Shown one piece after another: positions 28,164-37,879 of a DNA stretch of 64,000 nucleotides. Origin of the DNA: a virus (taxonomy: Duplodnaviria > Heunggongvirae > Uroviricota > Caudoviricetes); the IMG/VR virus record IMGVR_UViG_3300049460_000121, positions 64,001 through 128,000 of that record, one strand, 5' to 3'. How positions within the stretch are numbered: position 1 is the first letter of the stretch; every line of letters begins with the position of its first letter. The position numbers and the translations under genes are program-made. The notes under the pieces are model-generated. The model saw nothing but the letters and a program-made list of their open reading frames with translations. It did not search any database and was not told where the DNA came from.

Positions 28164-30149
28164 TTAGTAGTAGTTGCCACCGCTGTACGGACGGCGACGG
28201 CGATCAGCGCTGTCGTCGGAACGATTGCGGCGAGTACGACCGATTTCGCTGGTTGCGTACTGGCTGTAGCCATCGTGACCGATCGAGCGACGAGTCGACA
28301 GACCATCGTTGGACGAAACGTGCGGAGACATCTTCGCACCATCCAGCGAGTCTTGCAGAGCGATCAGGTAGTCCAGGTCGAAGGCCAGTTGCTCGGCAGT
28401 GCCGGTAACGTGCAGACCAGGAACCACTTTACGCAGGATCGCGTAACGCTCAGCCAGGTTGAACTCGATCGAACGACGGGTGTCTTCGAAAGTAGCCTGG
28501 AAGTCCTGTACCAGGTCCAGGTTCTTCTCGCCAACACGAGTCAGCAACGCAGGGACGTTCCATTCACGGATGTCACGGCGGTTCTGGTTCTCGTCCAACC
28601 AGGTGCCCAGCAGGGTGCGGCTACCGGTAGTGTAGACCGGACGGTAGTCGTTACCCAGGTTACGCTTGGCCAACGCATCGCTGAAGCGATTGCCGGTCAG
28701 AACGTCTGCCGAAGCATGCAGCAGGTCGATCAAGTCGTCCAGCTCGGTGCCAGGCTCTGCGATCGCGATGCGCTCGTAGATGCTCAGTACCCAGGACTTC
28801 TCGCCCGAGGATGGAACGGTCATGCCGAACGCGACGTCAGGCTTGACGGTCAGGTCGAGGTAATCGGCCAGATCGTTGTCGCTGATGTTCGGACCGATGT
28901 CCTTGGCTACGCAGGCAGCTTCTTCGTCCGGGTTCATCAGGAACAGATGGCCCAGGGAAGTCAGAGGCTTGAGACCTTCGGCCAGAGTGGCGCGAGGACG
29001 CAGCATGGTTGCCCAGCGGTAGTCGTTGGACTGTTGCACTGCCTGAGCGATCAGGAGTTGTGCCAGTTCCAGCGAGTACGGGAAGTCGCCCGAGCCAACA
29101 GAGTTGATGTTCAACACTGCTTGCCAGAACGGGCTCTCGGTATCACGACCACGACGGCGACGGCCGCCGAAACGACGCTGTTCGCTTTCGCCCTTCTCGT
29201 CGTAGGAGACGAACATGTCCAGGCCGCAGCGGATGTCGCCCATTTTGGTACGGGAGAACAGGTTGTCTTCGCCGTTCGGCTCGGAGTAGTACAGGTTGGT
29301 GGTCACGTCGCTACGAACAGGCAGACCCGAAGTGTCGATGATCTGCTTGCCGGTGTAGTCGAACGCGATTTCCAGACGGGAGCCTTTACCCATCTTGTCC
29401 GGGCTAACGCGGAACTGCGAGGAACGAGTGCCCGACTTGGCGTCGATCATGTTCTCGCGGAAGCCGCAGATGGCCTCCATCGCGTTATCGTAGATGTGAG
29501 CAACGATCTGCTCCATCTCTTTCTCGGTACGGTGGGTGAAGGTGTCAGCCAGGATAACCTGATTGCCAACCACACGGGCAGTACCGCCAACGGCCGCTTG
29601 AGCCTGATCACGCACGATGTTGATGTACGTTTCGGTCAGGTGATCTTCTGGCAGAACCAGAGCGTCGAAGGTTTCGCCACGCTCAACCAGCGGACGGGTT
29701 TGCACGTCGCCGCTTTGCTCGATCAGCAGGATGTAGGTCAGGGCGTAACGCTCGGCACCGATGGTGGCCGGCAGAACAACCAACAGGCTGGATTGCGAAG
29801 AACGCGCCAGCGAGCCATCCATCGGGATGACCTTGAACAGGTTACGCTTGGTTTCAGCAGGAACGCCAGGCTTGTCGTAAGTCTTGGCGTTCTCGAAGGT
29901 ATTAACCAGCAGAGACAGAACCGCATCGCTCAGGCCGCCCATGGATGGACGAGCTTGGAGGCGGGACATGTCAGCGAAGGTCACCTGAGTTTCGCGGTTT
30001 TCATCGCGACGGCTGCCACGGCTGCCACGGTCGCTGTCGCGGGAATCACGCTCGTCACGGCTACGATCTTCACGCAGTTCGGAACGGGTGTCTTCGCGAC
30101 GCGGCTCTTTAGCATTGTCCGGGGCGTCGGTTACAAAAGTATCGCTCAT
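28164..30149 (-). CDS. chmA: Chimallin (major phage nuclear shell protein)
   Basis: 661 aa; directly upstream of the beta' N subunit; strong codon bias; SGLPVRSD motif; disordered N-terminus and aromatic C-terminal end. Confidence 0.85.
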   Translation of the reverse strand: MSDTFVTDAPDNAKEPRREDTRSELREDRSRDERDSRDSDRGSRGSRRDENRETQVTFADMSRLQARPSMGGLSDAVLSLLVNTFENAKTYDKPGVPAETKRNLFKVIPMDGSLARSSQSSLLVVLPATIGAERYALTYILLIEQSGDVQTRPLVERGETFDALVLPEDHLTETYINIVRDQAQAAVGGTARVVGNQVILADTFTHRTEKEMEQIVAHIYDNAMEAICGFRENMIDAKSGTRSSQFRVSPDKMGKGSRLEIAFDYTGKQIIDTSGLPVRSDVTTNLYYSEPNGEDNLFSRTKMGDIRCGLDMFVSYDEKGESEQRRFGGRRRRGRDTESPFWQAVLNINSVGSGDFPYSLELAQLLIAQAVQQSNDYRWATMLRPRATLAEGLKPLTSLGHLFLMNPDEEAACVAKDIGPNISDNDLADYLDLTVKPDVAFGMTVPSSGEKSWVLSIYERIAIAEPGTELDDLIDLLHASADVLTGNRFSDALAKRNLGNDYRPVYTTGSRTLLGTWLDENQNRRDIREWNVPALLTRVGEKNLDLVQDFQATFEDTRRSIEFNLAERYAILRKVVPGLHVTGTAEQLAFDLDYLIALQDSLDGAKMSPHVSSNDGLSTRRSIGHDGYSQYATSEIGRTRRNRSDDSADRRRRPYSGGNYY

Positions 30150-30333
30150 GTTGCATCTCCAGATGTGTATACACGTTTTATTAGCGAGTGGGACTATTCC
30201 CAGAATTCAGTACGATTCCTTCGTATCGCTATTGAAGGTTCCCAGTGGGATTTCTACCGTCGTAGACACTGGGCCTACTCATCCGTTGTACTAGCGGACT
30301 GCGGGTTAACAACAGTTGCGGTCTGTGTCACTA

Positions 30334-30360
30334 GAATAATGTAGGTCTGTGAATTTTTAC
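30334..30360 (-). promoter_or_regulatory. Putative early promoter of chimallin, giving a ~180-nt leader
   Basis: Minus strand reads GTAAAAATTCACAGACCTACATTATTC. Confidence 0.7.
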
Positions 30361-30496
30361 AACGAGATCCTTCATTCTAGGCAATACCACGATAGACGCA
30401 GCATTGGTGCTTGCCCGGTTGTTACACCAGGCTAGTTATTTTACATACTATACACACGAGTATGTAAACTTTTACATCATTCAATGGATTACTGAA

Positions 30497-31573
30497 ATGC
30501 ACACGAGTTTTAACCGCACCAACGGATTCGATGACAGTCCGTTTCAGTACGCCCGAATGACCTATCTCCAAGGTCGGGTAGCTGAGAACCTCAAGAAGTA
30601 CACGGATCTCAGGCAGCAGGTATCTGGCCGCTTGAATTCCTCACACCTCCTCATGAAGCTCCTGTCCACCCTCACCACTGAATTCCGTGGGGACCTGCTG
30701 AGTTACATCGATCGCGTCACGTCTGATTGTGAACGAATCTGCGGGACCCTCGGGATTACTTCTGCTTATAGTCGTGGTCGTGTTCACAAGGAAGGGCACT
30801 TCTACGACAACTGCCCGGAGATCATTACCTTTGTCCGGTCAGAGAACTGGAACTGGATGGACCTCTGGCGAGATTGGCGAGCAGTATCAGCCATCGAAGT
30901 GTTGGAACACCCGGTGACAGAACTGACCATCTACGAACTGGGCGTCATGAATGAGGCCAGAACTTCGAAGCGTGGACTTGCGGTGGTAAATATCGACATC
31001 CCACTTCTGGCGTGTCAGTGGCGGATGTGGAAAGCCGCTAATCCATTCGACAACAATGAAACCTTCATCACCACCGTACTGCTACCAGGGATGATGAAGA
31101 GCCACCTCGATCAGGTGATGTTCAACAAGATGCTGGTCAAGTGCGGACTCCGTAAGGAATGCTCCGTCAAGACCAACCTCCTGTTCACTCAGACCCCTAC
31201 TGACACCCATGCCGACGAAATCATTGAGGATGCCTACAACAAGACTCTGTCGCGCCGTATGACGGCCAACCAGATACTTGCCAGCATTCCAACTCTTTAT
31301 AGTCGGGACGCGTTGGAAGCAGGTGCGTTCCCCAATGTAACGCCTACCCACCAAATCCTCTGGGCTATACTGACCCAGAAAGAGTCCCGTGCGGCTTTGG
31401 CCATCTATTGGGCAGATAAGGTGGGTGAGGAGAAGATGCTGCCTACGATGATCAAGTTGCGCCGTACGGTAATCCGTGCAGAGCAAGACAAGACGTTCAG
31501 CGCAGGGCAGACTTCTGACAACGCCGCTTGGTTAGAAGACCGGTTTGTCCGTTACGTCTCTTCGAAGCTGTAA
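30497..31573 (+). CDS. phiKZ-like protein transcribed divergently from chimallin
   Basis: ~358 aa; preceded by a GTAAACTTTTAC element. Confidence 0.7.
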   Translation: MHTSFNRTNGFDDSPFQYARMTYLQGRVAENLKKYTDLRQQVSGRLNSSHLLMKLLSTLTTEFRGDLLSYIDRVTSDCERICGTLGITSAYSRGRVHKEGHFYDNCPEIITFVRSENWNWMDLWRDWRAVSAIEVLEHPVTELTIYELGVMNEARTSKRGLAVVNIDIPLLACQWRMWKAANPFDNNETFITTVLLPGMMKSHLDQVMFNKMLVKCGLRKECSVKTNLLFTQTPTDTHADEIIEDAYNKTLSRRMTANQILASIPTLYSRDALEAGAFPNVTPTHQILWAILTQKESRAALAIYWADKVGEEKMLPTMIKLRRTVIRAEQDKTFSAGQTSDNAAWLEDRFVRYVSSKL

Positions 31574-32178
31574 TAGCCTGGCCAGAGTGTCCCGAACGAT
31601 TCGCTGTAGTAGCGACCAAAACCGCCAATCTTCTTGGCGGGTTCCAGTAGCCTGGCAGGGACGCCCATGGCTTCGATGATGCCGGTACGGAGTTTAGCGT
31701 AGAAGTCCAGATCTGGAGCGTACATGGCCTTCAGGTCAGGAAGCACGAACGCGCAAGTACCCAGTGGGTCAGGATCAGTTGGGTCTAGTTCGAAGGCCGG
31801 GGTGTGGATATCTTCCAGTTTCCAGATCTTGCCGCCACAATTGATGGCACAGGACTTAACGCCTGGGTCAATACCGATGACGATACCCACGTCACCGGAG
31901 TCTACAGTACTCTCGGAGATGAAACCCAGTTCGTGTAGGCCGTGCTGGTGACGTACCGGCTTTCGGGTTGCTTTACGGGATACGGCGATACCAGGCTCCA
32001 TTACGACGTCCCAACCAGTCTCGCGATTGAAGCGCCTTGACTTATCGAGAGAACTGAACCCCAGGGAGGTCGGTTTACTTCTGGCGTAACTGACCGCTCT
32101 GAGGCCTTCGATCAGCAAGGCCATCATGTCTTTCGACTTCTCCGCCTCATCTTCGTTGTATCGGTACACTTCACTCAT
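31552..32178 (-). CDS. Hypothetical protein
   Basis: ORF coupled to the upstream gene. Confidence 0.5.
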   Translation of the reverse strand: MSEVYRYNEDEAEKSKDMMALLIEGLRAVSYARSKPTSLGFSSLDKSRRFNRETGWDVVMEPGIAVSRKATRKPVRHQHGLHELGFISESTVDSGDVGIVIGIDPGVKSCAINCGGKIWKLEDIHTPAFELDPTDPDPLGTCAFVLPDLKAMYAPDLDFYAKLRTGIIEAMGVPARLLEPAKKIGGFGRYYSESFGTLWPGYYSFEET

Positions 32179-32965
32179 CCGGATTCACCGTGTAGACATG
32201 TGTCAAATACGGGGAGGGGAAACTCTCCCCTTTATGCCGCACCTCTTTCATCGCTTCGTCCAGAGACTTGGTTACCCCAGTATTGGCGTCGGTGACCGTA
32301 GCCCCTACAGACTCCCAATTCACCGGGAGTAACTCCTCGATCGGGATACCGCACTGGTGCTCAGGGAATGAAGTCGCTCCCCGTCCACGGTACTGCGCCA
32401 ATGGCCGATCCTTCATCCGCACCCCATGCTTCGCGATATCCAGGAACGACGGGAATTCAGGTACGGGATGGTTGATGCCAAACGACAGCGGGTCCGGATT
32501 AGATTCCCAGGTACCAAGGAAATCCTTTACCGGGTTTTCCCTGGCTTCCTCGATCTTCTTTTTGATCCAATCGTTGTCGTAGAAGTAACAGTAGTATTTG
32601 GCGCCGCCGTACTCTCGCACTTCTCGACGGAAGTACTTACGCTGGTCCGGCTGGGGTTCAGACTGCGGCAACACCACCATTGGGATCCGCTCAGCGGCAC
32701 TACGCCTGGCAAAGGCACCCGGTGTACACTCGCACGGGATAACCTTCTTACGCAGACCCTCAACGACCTTGTAGTCCTTCACGACGCAGAAGGATTCGAG
32801 CTCACCCAACTCCCTGAGCTCAGCAGCACCACAACGACACTTGAAGAAATCGGAAGAAATCTTCTGATTCAGGCCAACCAGGTAGCGACCCGCTGGGGTC
32901 GCCTCCAGTTTGCTCAGTGCCAGCATGTAGTCCGTATAACTCTTATCGTCATCCATTCCACTCAT
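32171..32965 (-). CDS. Hypothetical protein with CxC pairs
   Basis: ATGA overlap with the DNA polymerase stop. Confidence 0.6.
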   Translation of the reverse strand: MSGMDDDKSYTDYMLALSKLEATPAGRYLVGLNQKISSDFFKCRCGAAELRELGELESFCVVKDYKVVEGLRKKVIPCECTPGAFARRSAAERIPMVVLPQSEPQPDQRKYFRREVREYGGAKYYCYFYDNDWIKKKIEEARENPVKDFLGTWESNPDPLSFGINHPVPEFPSFLDIAKHGVRMKDRPLAQYRGRGATSFPEHQCGIPIEELLPVNWESVGATVTDANTGVTKSLDEAMKEVRHKGESFPSPYLTHVYTVNPDE

Positions 32966-35082
32966 GGTTCAAGCCCCAAGAAGTCGTACACCAGACGGAG
33001 GTTGTTGCGATCCACAATGAACAGGCCCATGGATTCCAGGATCCGGTAGAAACCGGAGTTGATCTGGTAGGCGAGTTTACGGATGTTGGCCGCTTGCTGG
33101 ATCTCAACAGGTAGACCGCACTGACGAATCGCCTGAGTAGGCAACAGGATAGTGCTCAGGTCCTTACGGTTGTACTTGGTACACCACAGCGCCATGCGCT
33201 CAGCGAACTCACGATCTTCCAAGTCTGCCAGCCATGCCTTGAGGGCCGTCTGGTTTTGAAGGTCGAGGGACAGCTTAACGCAAGCATACGGAGGCTCAGT
33301 CATCTTGCCGTACTTCGGACCGAACACATCCTGCCACAGTTCATGGTAAGGCATCTTCTTGCTGTCGGGTTTGATGTTGTCCGACTTCAAGAAGGTGTAC
33401 TCACCGCGCAGGATAGACCGCACGCATTCCAACTCTGAGTTGGCCACCAGCTTCAATACTTCACCGGCGTTGAGCTTTCTGCCTTCGTTCACCGCATGGA
33501 GGGTGTCATGCATCAAGTCGGCAGTGGCTTTCAGGATGTGCTTCTGCGAAGTCGAACCACGCAGCTCCACGCCCTTGGTTTCCATCTCCAGCTCTTTATA
33601 GACGTTACCTTCACGCATGGACATGGTCGAGTAGTAGTGCTTCGCCAGATTCGTCAAAGCGAACTGAGGGAAGGCGAACTCGTTCTTCATCGCCAGACGG
33701 AAGGTCTGAGACTTCTCCACGCCAATGTTGGTGGACAGCTTGGCCAACGAGTGGGCAATGCACTGGCAGACCATGTAAGTGGCCAGGTACCAGATACGAT
33801 CCTGTTCCTCACCACGGCGCAGGTTACCCGAGTACCATTCAACCCAACCTTCACAGGTAAAGATGGAGGAGTCGGTATCCGCCGCCAAACATACCCGGCG
33901 CTGAATGGATTTCAACGAGGCCACAGTTGGTGGGAGGTGGGAGGTAGCAAAGAACATGGTGATGAAGTCAGCGTAGTGATTCAGACCTTGCTGGACTTTC
34001 CACGCCACCTTACCGATCGTTTGCCAACCCGCTGGGTCGTTTGCCTTTACTCGGGCATACGTAGAACCACGCAGGACGGTCGCACACAGGGCGTTCACGT
34101 ACGCCAGGTCAGTCGGGTCCATGTCTTTGATTACGTCGTCTGTAACAACGTCTGGGACGTCGCTGATGTCGATCGCGATAAGGGTGGTCAACATGTCACG
34201 AATGACTTTGTCGTTGTACTGGGCCAAGTGGAACATGTCGCCGGAGTAGCAGAAGATTGCCCGTTCCAGTTCAGTCATGCCTTCTACGGCCGAACGGATG
34301 ATGGCGTCTTCGGTGGTGTCGCTCCAGTACAGGTCAGTCGACCGGGAGATCATCTTGCAGACCTGATCCACGGTTGGGTAGACGATCCCGTACTTCTCGA
34401 TAATGTCAGCGAACTGAGCCCGACGCTCGATGGTGCACACTGCTACGATGTTCGCCTTGGCGATCTCTGGCGAGTGGTAGTGACGGGAACCAGCCAGGAA
34501 GCGTTCTACCGTAGCGTTACCGTAACCTGCCGCTGCGCGGCACAGGGATGTCAGGCTGGAGTGACCAGTGGCGATGAACAGAGGGTTACCCTCAAAGCCA
34601 CGCATACCGGACACGGAGTTGATACGGATCTTACGGGCGTTCTGGTCATAGTCGGCCAGTTGGCTGCCCAGGATGTCGCCTTCTTGCTTCAAGACGAACA
34701 TGCGCTTCTTGGAACGCTTACGAGCGGCGATGTTGTCGTCCTGCCATTCGGCGGTTACGGACTTCTCAACTTCCGGACGCTCGTAGATCACCATGGACGG
34801 GGACAGAATCCGGTTGGTGTCGATGACTTCGTTTACATAGCCCAGAAAGGTGGTCTCTTCCGCTTCACGGTGACCCGGCCCTTTACGTACCAGTTGGAGC
34901 ATCTGTGGATCTTGAAATTCAAACTTACCGCCGCGGCGGGTCTCTTTCTTAACGTATTCGAGACACTCGGCCAAAGGCTTCTTTAATTGCAAGGAGATGT
35001 ACTTGGCGGTTTGCTCGATGTAGCCCTGACGAATATCCAGGTTACGGTTATAATCGTCGAGGGGAAGAAGAAATGGGTTCAT
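32962..35082 (-). CDS. Family B DNA polymerase, polymerase-domain half (phiKZ gp50-like)
   Basis: Motif B QNARKIRINSVSG; motif C ADTDS; KNE; KHY; KGVEL. Confidence 0.92.
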   Translation of the reverse strand: MNPFLLPLDDYNRNLDIRQGYIEQTAKYISLQLKKPLAECLEYVKKETRRGGKFEFQDPQMLQLVRKGPGHREAEETTFLGYVNEVIDTNRILSPSMVIYERPEVEKSVTAEWQDDNIAARKRSKKRMFVLKQEGDILGSQLADYDQNARKIRINSVSGMRGFEGNPLFIATGHSSLTSLCRAAAGYGNATVERFLAGSRHYHSPEIAKANIVAVCTIERRAQFADIIEKYGIVYPTVDQVCKMISRSTDLYWSDTTEDAIIRSAVEGMTELERAIFCYSGDMFHLAQYNDKVIRDMLTTLIAIDISDVPDVVTDDVIKDMDPTDLAYVNALCATVLRGSTYARVKANDPAGWQTIGKVAWKVQQGLNHYADFITMFFATSHLPPTVASLKSIQRRVCLAADTDSSIFTCEGWVEWYSGNLRRGEEQDRIWYLATYMVCQCIAHSLAKLSTNIGVEKSQTFRLAMKNEFAFPQFALTNLAKHYYSTMSMREGNVYKELEMETKGVELRGSTSQKHILKATADLMHDTLHAVNEGRKLNAGEVLKLVANSELECVRSILRGEYTFLKSDNIKPDSKKMPYHELWQDVFGPKYGKMTEPPYACVKLSLDLQNQTALKAWLADLEDREFAERMALWCTKYNRKDLSTILLPTQAIRQCGLPVEIQQAANIRKLAYQINSGFYRILESMGLFIVDRNNLRLVYDFLGLEP

Positions 35083-35128
35083 CTATTGCTCCAGGGTACA
35101 TTGCTCTACATTACGTAAGTACGCCCAG

Positions 35129-35180
35129 TAAAAAAAGAAAGAGCATAAACCCACCCGCGGTTAGGCGGGTGGGCTATATG
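35129..35180 (-). terminator. Terminator ending the small-gene operon
   Basis: aaaaaaaagaaag agcata.. cccacccgc-ggttag-gcgggtggg. Confidence 0.8.
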
Positions 35181-35573
35181 TCACAATGTCTCGATCGTGA
35201 AGTCTTCGATACCGTGCGCAATCATCATCGATCGCAGGGACGCCAGGGTGTTGTCGTCCGAGTTGCGGAGGGTGATGAGACGCACTGGATTCGCGTTCTC
35301 CGTGATGGAGGCAGGTTTTACCCACGGGATACCCATGTACAGGGTCTCGTTGTTAGCATTGATCAGCTTGGCGTAGCTGTAGCCCGTGTAGGAGTCCGGA
35401 ACACCTGGTGGGAGGTACGGATAGTTCTGCATGTGTTTCGCGGCAGCATCGAAGCCCAGGGCGACTACAGTCCCAGCGTCGAGGATACCGACAAAGCGGA
35501 GGTTCTTGTGACGAACACCTTCGTAAGTGTCGAAGGTTAACGTCTTATTGAGTGCATCGGAATTCAACTGCAT
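35181..35573 (-). CDS. Small beta-rich protein (phiKZ gp49-like position)
   Basis: GGAG RBS; H...YPYLPPGVPD and GIPWV motifs. Confidence 0.7.
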   Translation of the reverse strand: MQLNSDALNKTLTFDTYEGVRHKNLRFVGILDAGTVVALGFDAAAKHMQNYPYLPPGVPDSYTGYSYAKLINANNETLYMGIPWVKPASITENANPVRLITLRNSDDNTLASLRSMMIAHGIEDFTIETL

Positions 35574-35904
35574 TGAAAGGTGTCTCCATTAACAGGGCGC
35601 TGAAGTAGCCGTGTTCGACCATCTCGAGTTTACTCACCAGTCCTACGGACAGGAATTCGAGCAGCTCGTCATGATCGATGTTGTCCCAGAGGGGATCCAG
35701 GTCAATACCCAGGCTGTCAAGGTAACCTTCACCTTGGACCAAAGATTCCAGGACAAAGTCCCAGCACTCCTTGAACGCTACTGACTTCTGGGAGAGTCTC
35801 CGCGGAACCTCCCCAAGAACAGGGTCATTCCGCACGCAGTCCCAGACCAGCGTGGTTAACATCGATCCTAGTTTTGGGGAATGTCCCAGTATGTAGTAGC
35901 TCAT
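35545..35904 (-). CDS. Small hypothetical protein (array member 9)
   Basis: 119 aa; N-terminal strand YYILG and C-terminal hairpin. Confidence 0.65.
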   Translation of the reverse strand: MSYYILGHSPKLGSMLTTLVWDCVRNDPVLGEVPRRLSQKSVAFKECWDFVLESLVQGEGYLDSLGIDLDPLWDNIDHDELLEFLSVGLVSKLEMVEHGYFSALLMETPFNAVEFRCTQ

Positions 35905-35925
35905 GATTATTGGTCCAGGGATACG

Positions 35926-36303
35926 TCAGATACAGGCCACCAGTACTCTGGCATGAATTTGACGTGAATCGGAAATGGTTAATCGCACAAGATGGACGGC
36001 AGCAGCGCTTAGCCCGACATTCCTGAAGATACTCTCGAGCGCAGGGTAGTACTCATCCAATAAGTAGTCAGCTGCGATCTCGGCAGCGCCGATTGATTTG
36101 AAAACCTCATCACTCCGCAGTTCCCGAGCGAGTTTCTCGCGGTTAGCACCATTGGACATCCGCCGTCCCCAGACGGCTTGTTTCTGGATGATGAGGTCGG
36201 GACGATAGTTCAACTCGTCTAACCTGCCATCTAGATACCGAATGAGTGCTCGGGTCGGCTGAGTGACATCGACTATCTGAAAGTCAACATCACCAGTGGC
36301 CAA
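35926..36303 (-). CDS. Small hypothetical protein (array member 8)
   Basis: GAGGT RBS with TTG start overlapping the upstream gene end. Confidence 0.65.
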   Translation of the reverse strand: MATGDVDFQIVDVTQPTRALIRYLDGRLDELNYRPDLIIQKQAVWGRRMSNGANREKLARELRSDEVFKSIGAAEIAADYLLDEYYPALESIFRNVGLSAAAVHLVRLTISDSRQIHARVLVACI

Positions 36304-36673
36304 TTTTCCACCTCGTATCAATGGACAGTAAAAGGAATGGCCCCGCTCTCTTGAACTTGGCCGCCTGGAGTGTGTAAATCGAGCCAAGTGAGTAGACGCC
36401 ATATAAATGATCGGCTAGGACGCGGTACAGCTTCTGGGCTTGGGAGTAGGGTCCGATCTGGCAGTGCAGTTTCTCCCGAGGGATGTACGGCAAGAACAGA
36501 CCCAACTCATAGCCCTTCTCGGCTGCCTTATCGCCCATTTGCTCCACATCTTCATGGACCAGGTCCGCCAACTGCTTCAGCGTGCGCTGAATGTCCTGAA
36601 GGGACACGAAGTCCCTGAGCAGGAGGTCGTGGATCAGGACAAGCTCACGGGTGGTTCTTGTTAGCTCTGTCAT
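36290..36673 (-). CDS. Small hypothetical protein (array member 7)
   Basis: GGAG RBS. Confidence 0.65.
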   Translation of the reverse strand: MTELTRTTRELVLIHDLLLRDFVSLQDIQRTLKQLADLVHEDVEQMGDKAAEKGYELGLFLPYIPREKLHCQIGPYSQAQKLYRVLADHLYGVYSLGSIYTLQAAKFKRAGPFLLLSIDTRWKIGHW

Positions 36674-36983
36674 TCCAGGCGATCTCCACGAACGCTGACC
36701 GGTGGACTACCTCAACGTCGACATTCGACAGAGGATGCGTCACGTTCAAGACTGAGCTGAAGATCTTGGTGTTGTACAGGATCGTCAGTAGTCGGTTGAT
36801 GTACAACTCCACATCGTGCAGTGTCACCTGATGTTCCCGGCTGATACTCCCCAATACCTCACGGTCGAGACCCATGTTGGCTTCTGCCGTCATGGTTATT
36901 ACTTCACGGACGATTCGCTCAGCTGCGTCTTTATCCATGACTGGGAAATCGGGCAGCTCGAGCACATAACGTTCTACTTGCAT
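36645..36983 (-). CDS. Small hypothetical protein (array member 6)
   Basis: GAGGT RBS. Confidence 0.7.
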   Translation of the reverse strand: MQVERYVLELPDFPVMDKDAAERIVREVITMTAEANMGLDREVLGSISREHQVTLHDVELYINRLLTILYNTKIFSSVLNVTHPLSNVDVEVVHRSAFVEIAWNDRANKNHP

Positions 36984-36990
36984 GCTTACC

Positions 36991-37395
36991 TCAGCTTATA
37001 AGGAAATGTCTCCCTGACCGACTGGACTTGACGTGGAGCAAACCCTCCTCGCAATAGCCGCAATCGCGTGGAAGTACATCGTGGATCATGTTCTTGAGAT
37101 CTTCGTCGTGGATATACCGACGCTTGAACACATAGAACGTTGCATGAAAGTCGGACCAGAACCTGGCATAACCTTCATGGTGGGGGTCTTTGTAACACAC
37201 GCTCAATCGCTCGAAGGCGCGCATCACCTCGTCTTCAGGTGCCACCAGGCCAAACAGCATAATGGACAACAGAAGACAAGGCAGTTCGCCATAGTTCGGG
37301 TAATCGCCCTGTTCCTCCAGAGCAGCGAGCGCTCCGGCAAGATCAGGTTCCAACGTCAGGACGAATCCTGGATATAGGTCTACGCTAGGTGGCAT
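36991..37395 (-). CDS. Small hypothetical protein (array member 5)
   Basis: GAGG RBS; ATG at 37395. Confidence 0.65.
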   Translation of the reverse strand: MPPSVDLYPGFVLTLEPDLAGALAALEEQGDYPNYGELPCLLLSIMLFGLVAPEDEVMRAFERLSVCYKDPHHEGYARFWSDFHATFYVFKRRYIHDEDLKNMIHDVLPRDCGYCEEGLLHVKSSRSGRHFLIS

Positions 37396-37879
37396 CGACG
37401 AATTCCTCGTAAGTAAACTCGAGGAGTACCGACCGGTTTTTGATTTCGACATTATTCACCCTCATTGGGGCAAACTTCTTCACCACGTCGAAGACGCCTA
37501 GAAAGCGCTTCTCAAAGATGGAGAACCAAACATCTACCGCCATGGTCGCTCTCCCTATATCTTCGGGCGGAATAAACTCATCCGTCAGACGTTCTAGGAA
37601 GAACTCATCATCGTAGTAAACGTAGTGGATAAATGCCTTGAGGATAACATCGGCCTCAGCGCACAAATCCATCTCGAGCGATTCAAACTCCAGGTCCTCC
37701 AGGTTAACGATGGCGTGGCGATACTCGGCTTGGCCTTGATACGGTGGAACGATGGTCCAGCTCTCGTTGGAACTGCTCCAGTGCCTTCTCGACCTCAGGG
37801 TGGATGAGTTCTCCCGCTTGCCGTCTGTGTCGGATAAATCGACTGAACGTTTGCGGCTCCTCCTTAGGTACTGTTTCAT
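37385..37879 (-). CDS. Small hypothetical protein (array member 4); start uncertain
   Basis: Protein-like sequence begins only near 37750; the nearest ATG is 37879. Confidence 0.55.
   Translation of the reverse strand: MKQYLRRSRKRSVDLSDTDGKRENSSTLRSRRHWSSSNESWTIVPPYQGQAEYRHAIVNLEDLEFESLEMDLCAEADVILKAFIHYVYYDDEFFLERLTDEFIPPEDIGRATMAVDVWFSIFEKRFLGVFDVVKKFAPMRVNNVEIKNRSVLLEFTYEEFVDAT

Noticed and set aside
28275-30344. 689-aa plus-strand ORF antisense to chimallin (similarly 6319..8157, 33496..34986, 48179..49429 and 39408..40529)
   Set aside because: Same antisense shadow effect opposite genes with clear coding signal.
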